Below are positions 62,959 through 64,000 of a stretch of DNA of 64,000 nucleotides, piece by piece; position 1 is the stretch's first letter; every line of letters starts with the position of its first letter. This DNA comes from a virus (taxonomy: Duplodnaviria > Heunggongvirae > Uroviricota > Caudoviricetes). The position numbers were made by a program, and so were the translations under genes. A model generated the notes under the pieces. That model was not told the DNA's origin. It saw nothing but the letters and a program-made list of their open reading frames with translations, and made no database searches. The DNA is taken from the IMG/VR virus record IMGVR_UViG_3300048593_000385; one strand, written 5' to 3'.

Positions 62959-64000
62959 CAGAGTGCTCCGAAGTAGTTAAACTTCTCAGTCTTTTCGCGA
63001 GTCAATTTGAGACGCGAGCCATCCTTCGACTTATATTCAAAGGTGCCAGTCTCGCCATTGATATTGATCAATTCAGACTGATGGAACGAATAAGTCACCT
63101 CGTCTTCGTTGTCTGGGTCGACCAACCAAGAAGGAATGCCGTCAGCATCCTCATTCACTTCGATGACGATAGTGTTTGAAGACAGAGGGTTGCGATTCCA
63201 GGTTTTAGTATAGAGAAATTTGTCTTCAACCTTCTGGCCATTCTCGGCAATCAGTTCGACCTTAAACTTGGTTTCAGATTGAGAATCATACTCAGGCTTC
63301 GCATTGAGAAGCTGCATGACCTGTTGAGGAGTTTCGCCGTAACGATTCATGTCTTCGACCATCGCCTTGAGCATATCGAAGTTGAATTGACTGAACAGAG
63401 AAGCGATCTTGACCATCTGTTCGATATAGCTCTTGTTTTCCAGATTGTCATTGCAATATTCTACAATGAATTCTGGATCAAGACCCTTGAAGTCAATCAT
63501 GTAGAAGATGCGTCCAGGACGATTGCGCATATGCTGGTCAATACGCCACTTGTCATTGCAAGTCAGAATGAACAGCTTCTTGCTAGGAAACACACCATCG
63601 AGCAGAGTCAGAATAGCTTCTTGCTGGCGCTGGTCGTAGACCTTCTCGAACTCGTCAAAGAGAACGATGCAAGGCTGGTCAATGTCAGCCATAAACTTAT
63701 TGAATTTGTCGCCATTCCATGCATTGTTGATGACGATGGTGGGAATGTCGTAACGATATCCGGAAATCGACAGTTCCTTGGCCAACAGAGTCTTACCAGA
63801 ACCCTTCTCGCCAGTTAGCATTACGCCTGTCGAGTTAGGACGATCTGAAAATGTGCGGTGGATACGATCGGCATGCCGCAACGTGTCGCCGTAGTATTTC
63901 GAGAGAGGCTTAAATTTATCAGTTTCTTCCAGGAACAGATTCCCGAACTGATCTTCCTTGATGATGTAATTGCCTGCAGGAAGAGTCTCATGCAGGCAAT
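62958..64000 (-). CDS. AAA+ ATPase (MoxR/CobS-like), 5'-partial; runs off the window end
   Basis: Walker A GVMLTGEKGSGKTLLAKEL and Walker B CIVLFDEFEKV ... QEAILTLLD. The reading frame stays open upstream to position 64000, and the track start at 63881 is a TTG inside the continuous frame. Confidence 0.55.
   Translation of the reverse strand, partial: CLHETLPAGNYIIKEDQFGNLFLEETDKFKPLSKYYGDTLRHADRIHRTFSDRPNSTGVMLTGEKGSGKTLLAKELSISGYRYDIPTIVINNAWNGDKFNKFMADIDQPCIVLFDEFEKVYDQRQQEAILTLLDGVFPSKKLFILTCNDKWRIDQHMRNRPGRIFYMIDFKGLDPEFIVEYCNDNLENKSYIEQMVKIASLFSQFNFDMLKAMVEDMNRYGETPQQVMQLLNAKPEYDSQSETKFKVELIAENGQKVEDKFLYTKTWNRNPLSSNTIVIEVNEDADGIPSWLVDPDNEDEVTYSFHQSELININGETGTFEYKSKDGSRLKLTREKTEKFNYFGAL

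Noticed and set aside
62958-63881. The ORF-track start at 63881 for the AAA+ ATPase
   Set aside because: That start is a TTG inside an open frame that continues without a stop to the window edge. The gene is 5'-partial and the true start lies beyond 64000.

Overview
This 64 kb window reads as part of a large T4-like (Tevenvirinae-type) myovirus genome, about 42% GC, with almost every gene on the minus strand. Core T4 markers recognised by eye are gp4 head completion protein, gp2 DNA end protector, gp53 baseplate wedge protein, a gp5-like baseplate hub with lysozyme domain, gp32 ssDNA-binding protein, gp61 primase, NrdA and NrdB, ThyX, dCMP deaminase and PhoH. There are about 25 tRNA genes (23 of them packed into 34.1-41.4 kb) and a tmRNA that appears to be of the permuted two-piece type. 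Roughly 15 copies of a roughly 50-bp early-promoter/leader cassette (TTGCTT/TTGACT, 17-bp spacer, TATAGT/TAGAGT, then GTGAATAATAGGA) face the minus strand, and T4-type TATAAATA late promoters precede the structural/internal-protein genes. The accessory load is unusually rich. Its most striking part is a curli-type amyloid secretion module (CsgF-like, CsgG, curlin-repeat subunit) contiguous with a FecR-domain protein and a CHASE2 adenylate cyclase (28.3-33.4 kb), which I would look at first as a possibly undescribed phage-borne system. The rest of the accessory load includes a heptose-sugar pathway (GmhA, GHMP kinase, GmhB, epimerase, glycosyltransferase), a GapR/DUF2312 nucleoid-protein homolog, Dps, peroxiredoxin with a YkgJ-like CxxCxxCC protein, an SPFH protein, a radical-SAM enzyme, a sulfotransferase-like protein, a SleB-type cell-wall hydrolase, a glutaredoxin-domain protein, a 2OG-Fe(II) oxygenase, and a family of lysine-rich proteins built from ELDELSKGTLGxYIxKA repeats. 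The two-piece tmRNA and GapR together point to an alphaproteobacterial host (possibly SAR11 or a roseobacter). All calls rest on reading the sequence and motif recognition only; no database search was possible, and coordinates of RNA features may be off by 1-2 nt.
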